From: Macrostomum hystrix | Taxonomy: Eukaryota; Animalia; Platyhelminthes | DNA: 64,000 nt | Assembly: GCA_950097015.1 (NCBI GenBank) | Contig: CATNEN010000033.1 | Span: 1,984,001 to 2,048,000 of the forward strand | Direction of reading: 5' to 3' | Notes under the pieces: generated by a model | Database searches by the model: none | What the model saw: only the letters and a program-made list of their open reading frames with translations | What the model was told of the DNA's origin: nothing | Shown: positions 13,727 through 26,200 of the stretch, in pieces | How positions within the stretch are numbered: the first letter of the stretch is position 1 | Layout of the letters: the number at the start of each line of letters is the position of its first letter | Translations under genes and position numbers: made by a program

Positions 13727-14544
13727 TCAATGTACGCCGGCACCATTGTTGCCAATGCCACCGGTGCCGCTCTCGCCTAGCAACAGCCGCGAGTCGTCCA
13801 TCAGGCTGGGCTGCGGTCTCTTAGCAACCAATGCGCGAGGCAGCTTGTCGTGGTACAACTGATAGACGTCACGGTCGGCCGGACAGCTACAACGGAAGGC
13901 CTCGCATTCGTACATGGCCGAATAATAGGCTTGCAGATGCTGCAGCTCTGATGGCACATCGAAGTCGCGATAGAACTGAAATGTATCGACGATGCGAACA
14001 ATTGAATCACGCCTGTCTCATCTCTCTGATCTCACCCAAGACGTCTCATCTCTCCGATCTCACCTCACCCCTGTCTCATCTCTTCTCTGTCTAATCTGAA
14101 CACTGTCACATGCATCTTGGCCCTGATTCATGTCTTCACTGTCTCATATCTTCCCTGTTTTATCTCCCGTCTTATCTCTCCTCTGTATAAAACTGTGCCG
14201 TGTCTTACATCTTCCATGTCACATCTCTCGCCTGTCTCATCTTTATCCTGTCTCATCTCTTTCCTATCTGATTTCACAGTCAATACCGACCCGCATTCAT
14301 TTTAGAATCTATCTTTAGCCCGCTGGAGCTAAATAGACTCTGAGATTAAAAAAGCATTCGAACCCTGGCAGACAAACAGGGAATTCTACCTTAGCGGCCA
14401 TTTTCAGATGATGCAGTTTAGGCATGAGTTGGCAATCCGCGTAGGTTAGCTCATCTGAGAGCAGGTAGCGACAACTTAGCGACAATTTGTACATGTGGTT
14501 CGGACTGCGCGGCTTCGGTCGATACTTAAGGCGCAGAGGCTCAA
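13727..14544 (-). pseudogene. CLIC (chloride intracellular channel / GST-fold) gene, last two exons only: about 14390-14544 and 13727-13975
   Basis: RYLLSDELTYADCQLMPKLHHLKMAAK|FYRDFDVPSELQHLQAYYSAMYECEAFRCSCPADRDVYQLY matches the CLIC C-terminal pattern (LT.ADC.L.PKL, F..P, F..CP.D). Phase-0 GT-AG junction. No 5' exons found in the window. Confidence 0.8.
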
Positions 14545-14554
14545 CTGGATCACA

Positions 14555-15094
14555 CCATCAGCAACATCACCTCATCAATTCTATGTGACAGCAGCATCAT
14601 ATTATCAATTCTATAAGTTAGCAACATCATATTATCAATTCTATAAGTCAGCAGCATCATATTATCAATTCTATGTGACAGCAGCATCATATTATCAATT
14701 CTATGTGTCAGCAGCATCATATTATCAATTCTATGTGTCAGCAGCATCATATTATCAATTCTATGTGTCAGCATCATCATATTATCAATTCTATAAGTCA
14801 GCAGCATCATATTATTAATTCTATGTGACAGCAGCATCATATTATCAATTCTGTAAGTCAGCAGCATCATATTATCAATTCTATGTGTCAGCAGCATCAT
14901 ATTATCAATTCTATGTGACAGCAGCATCATATTATCAATTCTATAAGTCAGCAGCATGATATTATCAATTCTATGTGACAGCAGCATCATATTATCAATT
15001 CTATAAGTCAGCAGCATCATATTATCAATTCTATGAGTCAGCAGCATCATATTATCAATTCTATAAGTCAGCAGCATCATATTATCAATTCTAT
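14555..15094. repeat. 30-bp minisatellite, about 18 copies
   Basis: Unit gcagcatcatattatcaattctatgtgaca; reverse-complement relatives at about 10700-10760 and 11915-12035. Confidence 0.95.
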
Positions 15095-15480
15095 GTGACG
15101 TCTTGGCAAGTGCAAAAGATTGAAACGCGCACTGTTCACTTTCACGCCACGATGAGGCGCGTCACGTTCGTGAAAGAAAAATTTATCTGACAAATGCAGA
15201 GGGAAAATGTCAAAGCAATGAATGCCCATTGACAATCCCAGCATTAGTTTTATGCAGAGGGAAAAATGTCAAAGCAATGAATGCACAGTGACAATCCCAG
15301 CATTAGTTTTATGCAGAGGGAAAAATGTCAAAGCAATGAATGCACAGTGACAATCCCAGCATTAGTTTTATGCAGAGGAAAAATGTCAAAGCAATGAATG
15401 CACAGTGACAATCCCAGCAATAGTTTTATGCAGAGGAAAAATGTCAAAGCAATAAATGCACATTGACAATCCCAGCAATA
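15095..15480 (-). mobile_element. Transposon terminus (copy B) plus about 5 copies of the 59-bp subterminal repeat
   Basis: Reverse complement of 5465-6033. Confidence 0.75.
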
Positions 15481-15648
15481 TTTGACAGAATATAGACTCT
15501 AGTCCCTGTAAAGATAGCAGCTCTCTGCACAGTGACTATTTTCGGCTGAAAACATTGAAAACCATAGCATATTGCATCTTAAATATACTATCTAATATTA
15601 AGCTATTGGCGTCGTGTGGGCCTCTAATAATTGTTTCATATTAAAATT

Positions 15649-17179
15649 TCATTCCGTTTGTCTAGTATCTAGTCTAAGCGTAATGTTGGGTGCAGAGCTC
15701 GCCCCATATAAAGATGACTGAGCAAGTCTATTTGCGTCATTTACAAATGGAGTATTGAAAGGATTAAAATTTGTTGAACTTTCACTTTCGTGAAAGTGTT
15801 GCCGATATTTCGCGGTTACAGAAGTCAGTGCCGTATCTCCTTCACTCTCCAAGTCACTTGTGGTGATATTATGGTAGTCATCGACTTGTAGCCCTTCTTC
15901 CATCACTTGAGCCTGTTGTTGATGCAGATGAGAGGCACTTATTGGTGTATCATGATCAGGTGATACATCAATGGAAACTGAATTACAAAATGTCAGTTCT
16001 GTATTTTCGAGTTCCTTTAAAATGGCTACACATTTTTCTCTGGATAAGTGATGGGGGTCCTTCAATTCTGGAATGAATTTGCAACTTTTTCCGACAAGGC
16101 TCCATGGAATCTTGCCGTCGAAACCTGTCGCTGTTTTATGTGCAATTTTAGCCCTAAAAAAATTTCTTGTCGCATTTTTTTCACATCGCTATAAACAGAA
16201 GCTAGGTTTCGTGGCTGACTAGTTTCAGCAAGCTGAACATCACTGCGCTCATTTGCCATATTTTGTTGTTCTGCTTTTTTCGCGTCATCCATTAGTTCTG
16301 CTATTTTATTTATATGGGGCTCCATAGCGCTTCTAACATTAGGCGATATGTCATTGGACGTGGTAAAATCGGTTCCACGTCGGGTTAATATAATAAGTAC
16401 GTATGTCTCACCTGTACGTTTTAAATCATTTACCACTTTTCTTATTTTCTTCTGCTGATTTTTAGCTTCTTCTTGAAGACGTCGCTTTTCTTCGATTGGC
16501 AGACTCATATACTCGCGACGCAGTTCGGCGGTCCACACTAGAATTAAAGGAAGATTTGATTTTTAAATTTTAGTGACTAATTATTACATTTATTTATTTC
16601 TAGCTTTTATGTAAATTAATAGATGCACCCCACAGAGAATATAACATATGATGTAGCCTAGAAAATACAACAATATTCAAGACTTTTAGAAAAAAACAAT
16701 GTTATGCTGCATAAATGGACTAAAATGTTTTGTATTAAAAATAATGCTGCCTACTCATACATTAATATTTCTTGAGTTCTAGTCTTACTATATATCCCTG
16801 TCATACATGCGCAACCTCCCAAATCTTAGCCGGCCGTGCGACTTAGTTTTTGCTCTCATTTGCGACTTAGTTCATTTCATTGCTCTATTTACGACTTAGT
16901 TTGCTCTCATTTGCTCTCTTTTTCTCTCCCCTTTTTCCTTTTCTTCACGCCTTCCTTTTTTGTCCCTTGGTCCCCCCTTTGATTTTTTTTGCGCTTGGTC
17001 AATTGGTTTTTGCGACTTACCTTGCTTGGCCCTCGTTTCACCCGGCTGGTTCGGCCGGGTCGGCCGGGTGTTGCGCATGTATGATCCCTGTAGTATATTT
17101 TTAAGTAATACTGACCATAAGAAAACTTACCTGCCTTTCCTTTGTTTTGCAAAAACACATTGGCACCAGTTAGAACCAT
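15649..17179 (-). CDS. HMG-box-like accessory protein; exons 17131-17179 and 15649-16537
   Basis: Phase-1 splice gives MVLTGANVFLQNKGKA-VWTAELRREYMSLPIEEKRRLQEEAK, similar to HMG helices 1 and 3. One frameshift at the A7 run 16156-16162 joins it to ...GKIPWSLVGKSCKFIPELKDP. The HMG assignment is by eye. Confidence 0.55.
16801..17084. mobile_element. 284-bp MITE, 15-bp perfect TIR, 6-bp TSD
   Basis: TIR tcatacatgcgcaac ... gttgcgcatgtatga; tccctg at 16795-16800 and 17085-17090; lies in the intron of the HMG-like gene. Confidence 0.85.
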
Positions 17180-17867
17180 CTGTGTGTAAGAAAAAAATTA
17201 GAATTACAAAATAAAACCATTTTATTGCACTATTTCTTATGCACTTTAATTTAAGACTCAAACTGAAATACGAAGCTTTAGTGCCTACTTTATGCTTTAA
17301 AATTTGAGTTAATTTAAATTTAAATTTCCTTTGTTCTTTTTTTGGTTTGATAATCTCAATTTCTTATAATATAATCAGTACTGACCATAATAATCTTATT
17401 TCATCTTGTAACTCTTGTATTATGTATGCCTGTACCATAATAATATAAAAATATTATAGGGGTAGGGCCTAGTGAAAATATTACGTCACAAAAGGGTTGC
17501 TGTTCTATAAAAAGGTGTACAAGCGCATGGCATAAATTTACTTTTGTTTGCAAAATTATTTTTATGAATAAATTTAAAATTGCGCTAAATGAAACAAAAA
17601 GTGCAGTGCAGAAACAATTCAGTTTATAGTATTCGTAACAATTCAGTTCAATTCAGTTCAGTTCAGTTTAGTTTAGTTTACTTGGCTGTTATATAGCCAC
17701 AGGGTAGTAGTGACAAATCCAGTAAAAAATGCTACAGAATGCTTGGAAGTTGGAAGCTTGGAAATATTGCCTGATTGAAGTCACTAATAAAGGTTAGAAA
17801 TGTAGCTGCGATTCTTTCTGCTCTTTGGATGCTGCCGAGCTGGTTATGGCCAAAGACAATTATGAAA

Positions 17868-18350
17868 GGCAGTGCTTATCCCCACGGTACCGTAGAAATA
17901 ATTTTTGTCTTATTCCTACGGTACAGTGGGAATAATTTCCTGCTTATCTGCACGGCACACTGACAAGATAGCTGTCCTATCTTCAACATAGCTCCAGAGA
18001 TGCGTAAAGTAATAGACTGGATTATAGGCTTAGAAGGCTTGAGCTATAAGATTAGAAAAATACACACTTCAGTTGTATTCTTTTAAATATATAAATAATA
18101 GCAATATATATTTTATATACTTAAAAAGCCACCGTATTGGTTAACTAATTGCAAAAAAAGCAGAAAACTTTTATTTGTTTACTTGCTTTTAAAAACCGGA
18201 AGAAAAAAAAATTGCAGTCACGATAAAAAGATAGATGATTAGGACAGCTATCTTATCAGTGTGCCGTGCGGATAAGCAGGAAATTATTCCCACGGTACCG
18301 TAGGAAAAAGACAAAAATTATTTCTACAGTACCATGGGGATAAGCACTGC
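17868..18350. mobile_element. Mutator/MULE-type MITE, about 110-bp TIRs, 9-bp TSD
   Basis: TIR starts ggcagtgcttatcc; attatgaaa at 17859-17867 and 18351-18359. Long TIRs with a 9-bp TSD are typical of MULEs. Confidence 0.9.
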
Positions 18351-20522
18351 CATTATGAAAAATTCCACACCACATTATTTATGCCAGGTATATTAATTAT
18401 TATTGTTGCAAGGCAGGTAGTAACGTTGTACAATTTTGGGAGGAGCAAAAAATTGTTTTGACATGCACTCTACCACTTTTCTGACTATGGCATGGTAGGG
18501 GGTTAAAGCTATAACAAATCTGATTAAAAATGAAATCAGCACATCAAAAAGCCTTAGTAGCCACAGATTTATCATCCTATCAAAACAAGAACTATTTTAT
18601 ATAGACCTAAAGTTCAAGAGACCCTCGCCTCCCCGCTGGGTCCATGGACCACCCTGCAGCTAAGTCTAGTAAGTCAAAGTTCAAGAAGCCCAAAAAGCAA
18701 GCAAAGTTAAAATGTATTAAAAACTTGAAGTCTATACTTTATAGCAATTATCATTTTGGTTTAAAAAAATTAGCTAGTCAGCCAGACCACTGACTGATAA
18801 TTTGGATATAAGTTGCATTAGTAACACTCTTAGTAGTTTAGTCTTAGGTTTTAACTAACATCTATTATTAACTTTACATGTAACATTTTCATTGTGTCAG
18901 TTAATAAATGTTGAAAATCAAAACAATTGGATTGGGATTTCGATTTGCTGGCATAAGTAGTACTAGTAACTAAATTTAAAACGAAAAAACATTGCTTACC
19001 TTTGTTATAAAAAAATTAATAGAAAATTTCAATACTTAAATTGACAAAGTAACTTTTAAAAATACCTTCTCTAGACACAGTAAAGTACAATCTGTTATGG
19101 ATGTAATGATATCCTAAGTGTAAAATGCCAACTAAACTAGTTTGGTGGCGCAGCGCATTAGGGCGCGTTTTTTATTTAAACAATTCTAAACTATTAAATA
19201 AAAACTTAAATAAAAAATTATGCTACAACGTAACTAAGAAAATCTTTTTTTGAGAAGTACTAATACACTTTTTTTAATGCGCATACTTAGTTCTGTATAA
19301 TTATTTGTTATACCATACGCACGTAAAGTTATGAAATTGACGTAAAATCCGGACTATTCAGACTCGTTTTTGACATGTAAAAAGAGTATTTATAAAAATA
19401 CAATTCTTTCTTTCCATGTAACACTAAAAAAGTGACGAATTCTATAGACAAATGAATACAATTATATTGAGAATGATTGCAGAAGGACTGCGGGCAATGG
19501 CACATCATTTAGTGACACTAGACCCACAGCGAGCTATTTTTTGCTAATACCTTATTCGGATCATTGTCATAAATAATTACGAGTACATAATCAGTCTTAC
19601 TTGTTTCTGTTTCGTTTCTTTTAAGGCACTGTAGAGTTATACCGCTATACTTTCTGGAATTTTAGAACTGATTCTGGTTCTGGAATTCTGGGTAGAATGA
19701 ATGACTGATTCTGATTTCTGGGTAGAATGAAAAGCCTATTTTACGGGTTGGAGAGCTGGGTAAGACAGCTTTAATTTAATTTTTCAATTAACTGCCGTCA
19801 AAAATAAAGCCAATATAATCTAGCAACCAAGTTATATAAATATAAGTAATTTAAAATTAAAATAAATATGATTTGATTTTGTTTTTGTCTTATAACTAGT
19901 ATAAATATGTCTTTCTATGCATGTATAACTCAACCTGTGTGGCGTGTTGATAGAGAGTGCGCTCTGTTTGAGTGATACGAGGGGGGTTCGAATTTTTTCC
20001 GTATCATTTTTACTAATGAATTTTTTTGATCCGATATTTTATTGTGATGCCAAATATTTACTAATTATTTCGTTTTATAGCCATTTTATACAGTGGATGT
20101 GTTGTAATTTTAGTTCTGGCTTCTGATAAGCCATTAAGCCCTCGCTGTTAAGGTGGAAGTATCATTTGTTTGAGACGGGGTGATCACTTCTTGGTTCTTA
20201 CTTAGCACGATAGAAAAGCGTCATATATCTATTACACGTAAAATCCACTTAATCAGTAAGTCCCATCTAAACTCATTCAGCTTTAGTTATATTGTATTAA
20301 TTAGTATGAACTGTGGTTTGCTTGCCTATATGTTTGGAAATAAATGATTATCAGTGCAAAGGAAAAATATTTAGATAGCCAGTTACATACTTCATATTTC
20401 ATACTTTCTACTTGCAGTAGACGAGTAGCATGATCCATGTAAAATTTATCGGAAGTCTACCCCCTACCCCCTACCCCCCGTGGGTCCACATGGATTCACC
20501 CGGCTAGCCGAGTATTTTTTGA

Positions 20523-21085
20523 CTAGTGGAAGTGTCGGCTAGCCGGCGGCCGCGAGCTGAGTAGACAGTCTAGGGGTTTGGGCTGTGTACATTCACGGCT
20601 TGAAATACAATGTACAGTCTGGGGCTTCGGCGCCCGGGGAAGGGAGGGGGTGGCTGTAATAAAATTTGGCCCGCAGAGTGGCGGAGGGGAGTTGGGGTGG
20701 CTGTCCTCGGAAAACAAAAAGTGACTCACTTTGAGATGATGCAGCTTTGCTCTGGATTGAGTAGAGATGTTCAAAATTGACAGCATTGTTGGAAAACATG
20801 TAAAGTGTAAGTGGATCAAATTTGGAGAAAATCTGACAAAGTGGGGCGACGATATGTCGAATTGAGTGATTTTTTGACGATTTTTGAGCAGTTTTTTGCA
20901 CTTTTGAGCAGGAAGGAAATGATTTTTCGGGAATTTGAGTAGCCTATTGCACTCAGCGTAGGTGGTTTTAGGTATGTGCAAAGTTTGGTGCGATTTGGTT
21001 GAGCGGTTTCGGCGTCTATAAAGACAAAAGGTTGCACACAGACAGACAGACAGACAGACAGAGTTTTCACTTTTATATATATAGA
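20523..21085 (-). mobile_element. Non-autonomous Helitron
   Basis: Minus strand begins TCTATATATATAAAA with a (GTCT)n microsatellite, ends with the palindrome cggctagccg then CTAG, and sits between A and T. Confidence 0.75.
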
Positions 21086-23097
21086 TAAAGTTCTTAAATA
21101 TCTAAAATTTCATAAATACAAAAAAAGATAAAAATTTTTTATTTAGAGCTGTACTAAAGTTTAAAAGTTTTTTCATTTTAGAAGATAGAGACTATGGTTC
21201 TTTTTAATATTAATTTCAATTGTATATAGCAAAAGGTAAACCAAAATTAAAGTTAAAGCTTTTTGAAAGTAAATTCTTTACTTTAAAAACGGGATATATA
21301 TGTAACATTTTGTGGAGTTGTTCTCAATACAAAAAATAGGGCAAAACTTCCTAACGTCAAAGTAGTATTTCGTATTTATAGCAAAAATCATATGAAGTCC
21401 GATAAATTTTATATACATTTTTATAAATACAAACGCTACATCGTCTTCGCTTCCTTGAATCTGAATTTCTAACAATCGAGTCGTTTCGAATCGGTGGGAG
21501 TATTTCATTGAAAATTAACGACATTAAGAATTGTCAAAGGTGTCTTAATACCTTACGAGAATATATCGAAAATCGTATTTCATGCATGATGACATTTCTG
21601 CAAAAAATGACGTAGAATAGTATTTGAAAATGAGCCCATTTTTAATTCCAAAACACTGTAAACTTTTTTCATATCACGCAATTCTGATCTGCTTAGTTTT
21701 ACAGGTTTAATTATTCTTATTGACCTGTAATTGGCTTTTAACTCTTGCACAGGCAACACATTTAGTATCCCAGAGTATTTTAATTCATGTACTTCATAAA
21801 CAGAATGTTGCAGGTCAACTAGATCTAGAGTTTGTTAGAAAAATCTGAGAGAAAGAGGCAGGGAAACCACTAAAATTAGATATTTAAACAGAAGTAGTTC
21901 CCTTTCTATTCGATTCTACCTTCCTTTCTACACAGTCCAATAATTCTAACAACTATGATCATAGAGCTCTTTAACTTTTCTTTATTGTAGCAGTACGTTC
22001 CCTTTTTTCTTCACCCATTTTGTTTTTCATTGCCCGGCCACCCAGTAGCGAATTTTCCATTCGAATCTGTGTGGCTGTTGCGTTATTAACGACCCTCACC
22101 AATCGCGCGTTAGAGGCTTTAGTACCCCTCTGGCGCGTTGTGATTGGTGGGTGAGTGTAAGCCCCTTGAACCCCACCCCTTTCCCCCATTTTGTGTTTTT
22201 ATTTAAATTTTGCGCAACTGCTCACAAAGTCAAGTTCGCTCTTCCAAATTGCTAATTCGAATTTAAACCCTGCGCACATTAAACCCAAGCGTTCTTAATA
22301 TATATAACAAACATATTTGTTATTTTCCATCCATATTAAAATCTGTTATTGCATGCAATTTTTTTCTTACTACGAAGCGACCGTAGTAAGAAAAAAATGA
22401 ACTCGAAGAAGCATATGAAGATGTAGCTTTCTAAAAAGAAACATAGATATAGTTATATTCGAAAACAAATTATGAACCTTTGCGAATATCCAAGGAGCCA
22501 ATATTATCGGCTGCAATCTTGAAAACTCAAAGAAAAATCTGATTCAGCGATTCGAACTTTCTGAGTCTAGAAATAAACTCAAAGAGATGCGTTATTGTTG
22601 GTCCAATATGGAAATACTTTATAGAAATTAAAACAGCGACATAATAAATTATCTGACAGAGCTGGGATGGACTCAAATCCAAAAAGATTTGCAACATATT
22701 ATAGATGGTGCAGCACTGCTATCTGCTTGGACTGCACAATTCTTTAATATACTGCTTTCAGGTGTGCAAATTTTCCTAAATTCAGTTAATTATCTGCTGT
22801 TTACCTGTCAATCACCAGAATGCGATACGGCAAGACAGCAACGAAAGCATGAAACAAAATATAACAAAAGTAAAATATTGCTTTTACTTGAAACAATTAT
22901 TTCTCCTAGAATAACAGAAAAAATGTAATTGGCAAGTGCACGATGAAATGATCATGCTGCTTAGCTCTAGAAAAGGAATTGTTGATGAACCAGCAGAGGT
23001 GAAATGTGTAGCCTACTTTTAACTGTTGTCATTCACAAAAAATTGTGGGGCATTGTTACACCAAAGAAAAAAAATTAAATTGAAAATTTAGTGTCTA

Positions 23098-23230
23098 TGA
23101 CAACCCGATGTCCATCCCGACAACCCGATGTCCATCCCGACAACCCGATGTCCATCCCGACAACCCGATGTCCATCCCGACAACCCGATGTCCATCCCGA
23201 CAACCCGATGTCCATCCCGGCAACCCGATG
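23098..23230. repeat. 20-bp minisatellite just downstream of the PTP stop
   Basis: Unit caacccgatgtccatcccga, about 6.5 copies. Confidence 0.9.
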
Positions 23231-23240
23231 GTCAGACTGG

Positions 23241-26200
23241 TCAGACAATCGCCGCGGCCAACCTCAGCTGCCGCTGTCTGCGTCGCCGCTTGGCGCACGG
23301 CAGCAGCAGGACATCCAGAGTTCGACGCCCGACTCCGCCGGCATCCGAGCGAGCCGTCGGGAAGCGGAAATCAGCGGTGCAGGCCGGCCGGCCGCTGATG
23401 GACGGCACCCGGTCGAGGTCCAGTAGGCGGAGGCTGCGGCTGTCCTGGATTGAAACTCGCCCGGAGAAGAAGTACTCAATGAGCAGCTGGGCCAGGGAGA
23501 AGCACTGCTCGTACTCGGACTGCGGAGGGTTTCGGAAAAAAACATTTTTACCGGTTTGGAAAAATATTTTTCAGGTTTGGGAGAACATTTTCCAGGCTCG
23601 CGAAAATAGTTTTCATGCAGTTCTCCATGCGTCAGATTTTTTCATTCTCATACATTGTTTTGGCCCTCGTCCCCGTCAATTTCAGGACAAACCCCCAAGC
23701 CTTCTCTTCGTGGCTACGCCCTAGTGAATGTGGTCTCGCCGCAGACCCCTTTCATATGATATACTCGTACATTCAGATTCTGAATCACTAACATTTAAAT
23801 GAAGGGGTAGCTCCTGACTCGTCTATTGAGAGTAGTGCAGTCAGGAAAAATTGCGCGCTCAAAACTCACCAGGCTGCCGACAAGTTGCGGCCGGTTTCGC
23901 TTGACTTTCTCCACAGCGCGGAAGATGTCCACTTCGCCTTCGAATCGCATTTTGTCCATTGTCATGTGCAGCACACAGAACACTCCGCAGCGACTCACTC
24001 CGTCACTGAGGGTTGGAATGCTTGCAAGATTGTTGCAATCTCAATCCAATTAATCCCATCACATCCCATCTCATCCCATCCCATCTCATTCCAACCCATC
24101 CCATCCAATCTGATCCCATCAAATGTCAGCTGGCACCGTAGGCTCACCTGCTAACAACAAGCAGAGGACTCGAACCAGCGCTCTCCTCCAGATCCAGATT
24201 GGTGGCCTCGGCCAGGCAGGCTAGCTCCAGCAGGCTGTGGCCGCCACTGGCTGTCTCCGCCGCTGCGTCCGGCGGCTGGCCAGGGTGTGGACAGGCACAT
24301 GAAGGCCACGTGACGCACGCCCTGCGAGATCCCCGAAGGACCGCTGCTGCTGCCGATCTGGCGGAGCATTGTGACAGAGTGACATTGTGATAGAGTGACA
24401 TTGTGACAGAGTGACATTGTGACAGAGTGACATTGTGACAGAGTGACATTGTGACAGAGTGACATTGTGACAGAGTGACATTGTGACAGAGTGACATTGT
24501 GACAGAGTGACATTGTGACAGAGTGACAGAGTGACAGAGTGACAGAGTGACATTGTGACAGAGTGACAGAGTGACATTGTGACAGAGTGACATTGTGACA
24601 TTGTGACAGAGTGACATTGTGATAGAGTGACATTGTGACAGAGTGACATTGTGACAGAGTGACAGAGTGACATTGTGATAGAGTGACATTGTGACAGAGT
24701 GACATTGTGACATTGTGACAGAGTGACATTGTGACAGAGTGACATTGTGACAGAGTGACATTGTGACAGAGTGACAGAGTGACAGAGTGACATTGTGATA
24801 GAGTGACATTGTGACAGAGTGACATTGTGACATTGTGACAGAGTGACATTGTGACAGAGTGACATTGTGACATTGTGACAGAGTGACATTGTGACAGAGT
24901 GACATTGTGACAGAGTGACATTGTGACAGAGTGACATTGTGACAGAGTGACATTGTGACAGAGTGACATTGTGACAGAGTGACATTGTGACAGAGTGACA
25001 TTGTGACAGAGTGACATTGTGACAGAGTGACATTGTGACAGAGTGACAGAGTGACACTAAAAAGCTGGTTTAAAATCAGCCAGGAACCAGATATTCACCT
25101 GGCAAGTTTTTTTACACGAGTTGGCAAGAGTACAAAACCTCTCAGCCGTGGTAGCGGGTATTTCGTAGCGAAAGGTGGGCTTCTGACACACTGGCAACAG
25201 TCAGGAGTGGAACAGGGAGTGCCACTCACTGAAGCTTTCAGCTCCCATGCAGCTGAGGATTCTGAGCTAGTCTGGGTAGCTGGGCGGTGGGCAAATATGG
25301 CGCAGGGGCTGATGGGCAGCTCAGACAGGGCAGAGTCGGTGGGCTTCTGGCAGCAGTTAAATATTATTGAAAGCGTTTATCACGCTGGCACTGGCTTGGC
25401 AAGGGCCGGTCCCTGACAGAAAACGAGTGCAAGAATCCCACAGCTTCAGTCGCTCTCTAAACCATGCGTAGGGGATAAATATCCTCTTTGCCTCTCCATT
25501 GCTGAGGGATACCACTTGATTCCAAATATCCTTCCAATATGGGCAAGTTTTTTCCTTCATTTATTAGTACATCTCTGGCCCGTATTCACCGCTCACTTCA
25601 TCCGGATTGGAATGGGATCTGGGATCTGGGATCTAGGAGTCGACGGCGAGAAACTTTGCGGGACAATCTATCAGGCGTTTCGGTTTTTGAAAATATTCTC
25701 TTTCTTCTCGGCTGGTAGGTTAACATGGGGCCTTGTTGAGCCACCTCATCCCCCTTCTCCCTTGCTCACGCTTCCTCTCCGCTTTCCAGCTCAGCACCTT
25801 TTCCTCTTTGCTCCCCCCCAGCAAAGCTGCCTTTAAGTCGATCCACCGTCAGAGCTCCAGAGCTCTCTCTCTCTTTCACTCTTGACAGGTCCCGCTGTGC
25901 CGTGGGTTGTATTGGGGGGGATTAAGGTCGCAGCAATCTGCTATGGCAAATTTTCCAGTGATGAATGAATGAATAGAGAAGGTCGGGCGCGCCGACACTG
26001 CGAGCTTATTTATTTGGCCGAGGCAGCCGAAGGCTTGGGAGGCTGATGGCTTTGCTAGGAAACTTCTTAGAAAAGCACAGCTGGCTAATATAGCCCACAT
26101 GGCTCCTCATGTTGAATAGTTTTTTTCTCAACAAAAACTCAAAATTCCAATTGGCTATTCGTTAAATAATTAAGGCAGGGTGCAAGAACTCCCATCGCAT

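Noticed and set aside
5465-15480. Single 10-kb foldback/Pack element carrying methyltransferase and CLIC fragments
   Set aside because: The outer ends are degenerate with no TSD, while the inner ends are sharp and nearly identical; two outward-extending elements fit better. Not fully excluded.
17025-17090. Extra exon (MRNTRPTRPNQPGETRAKQ) of the HMG-like gene
   Set aside because: It lies almost entirely inside the MITE and is out of phase with exon 1; direct exon 1 to exon 2 splicing gives the better protein.
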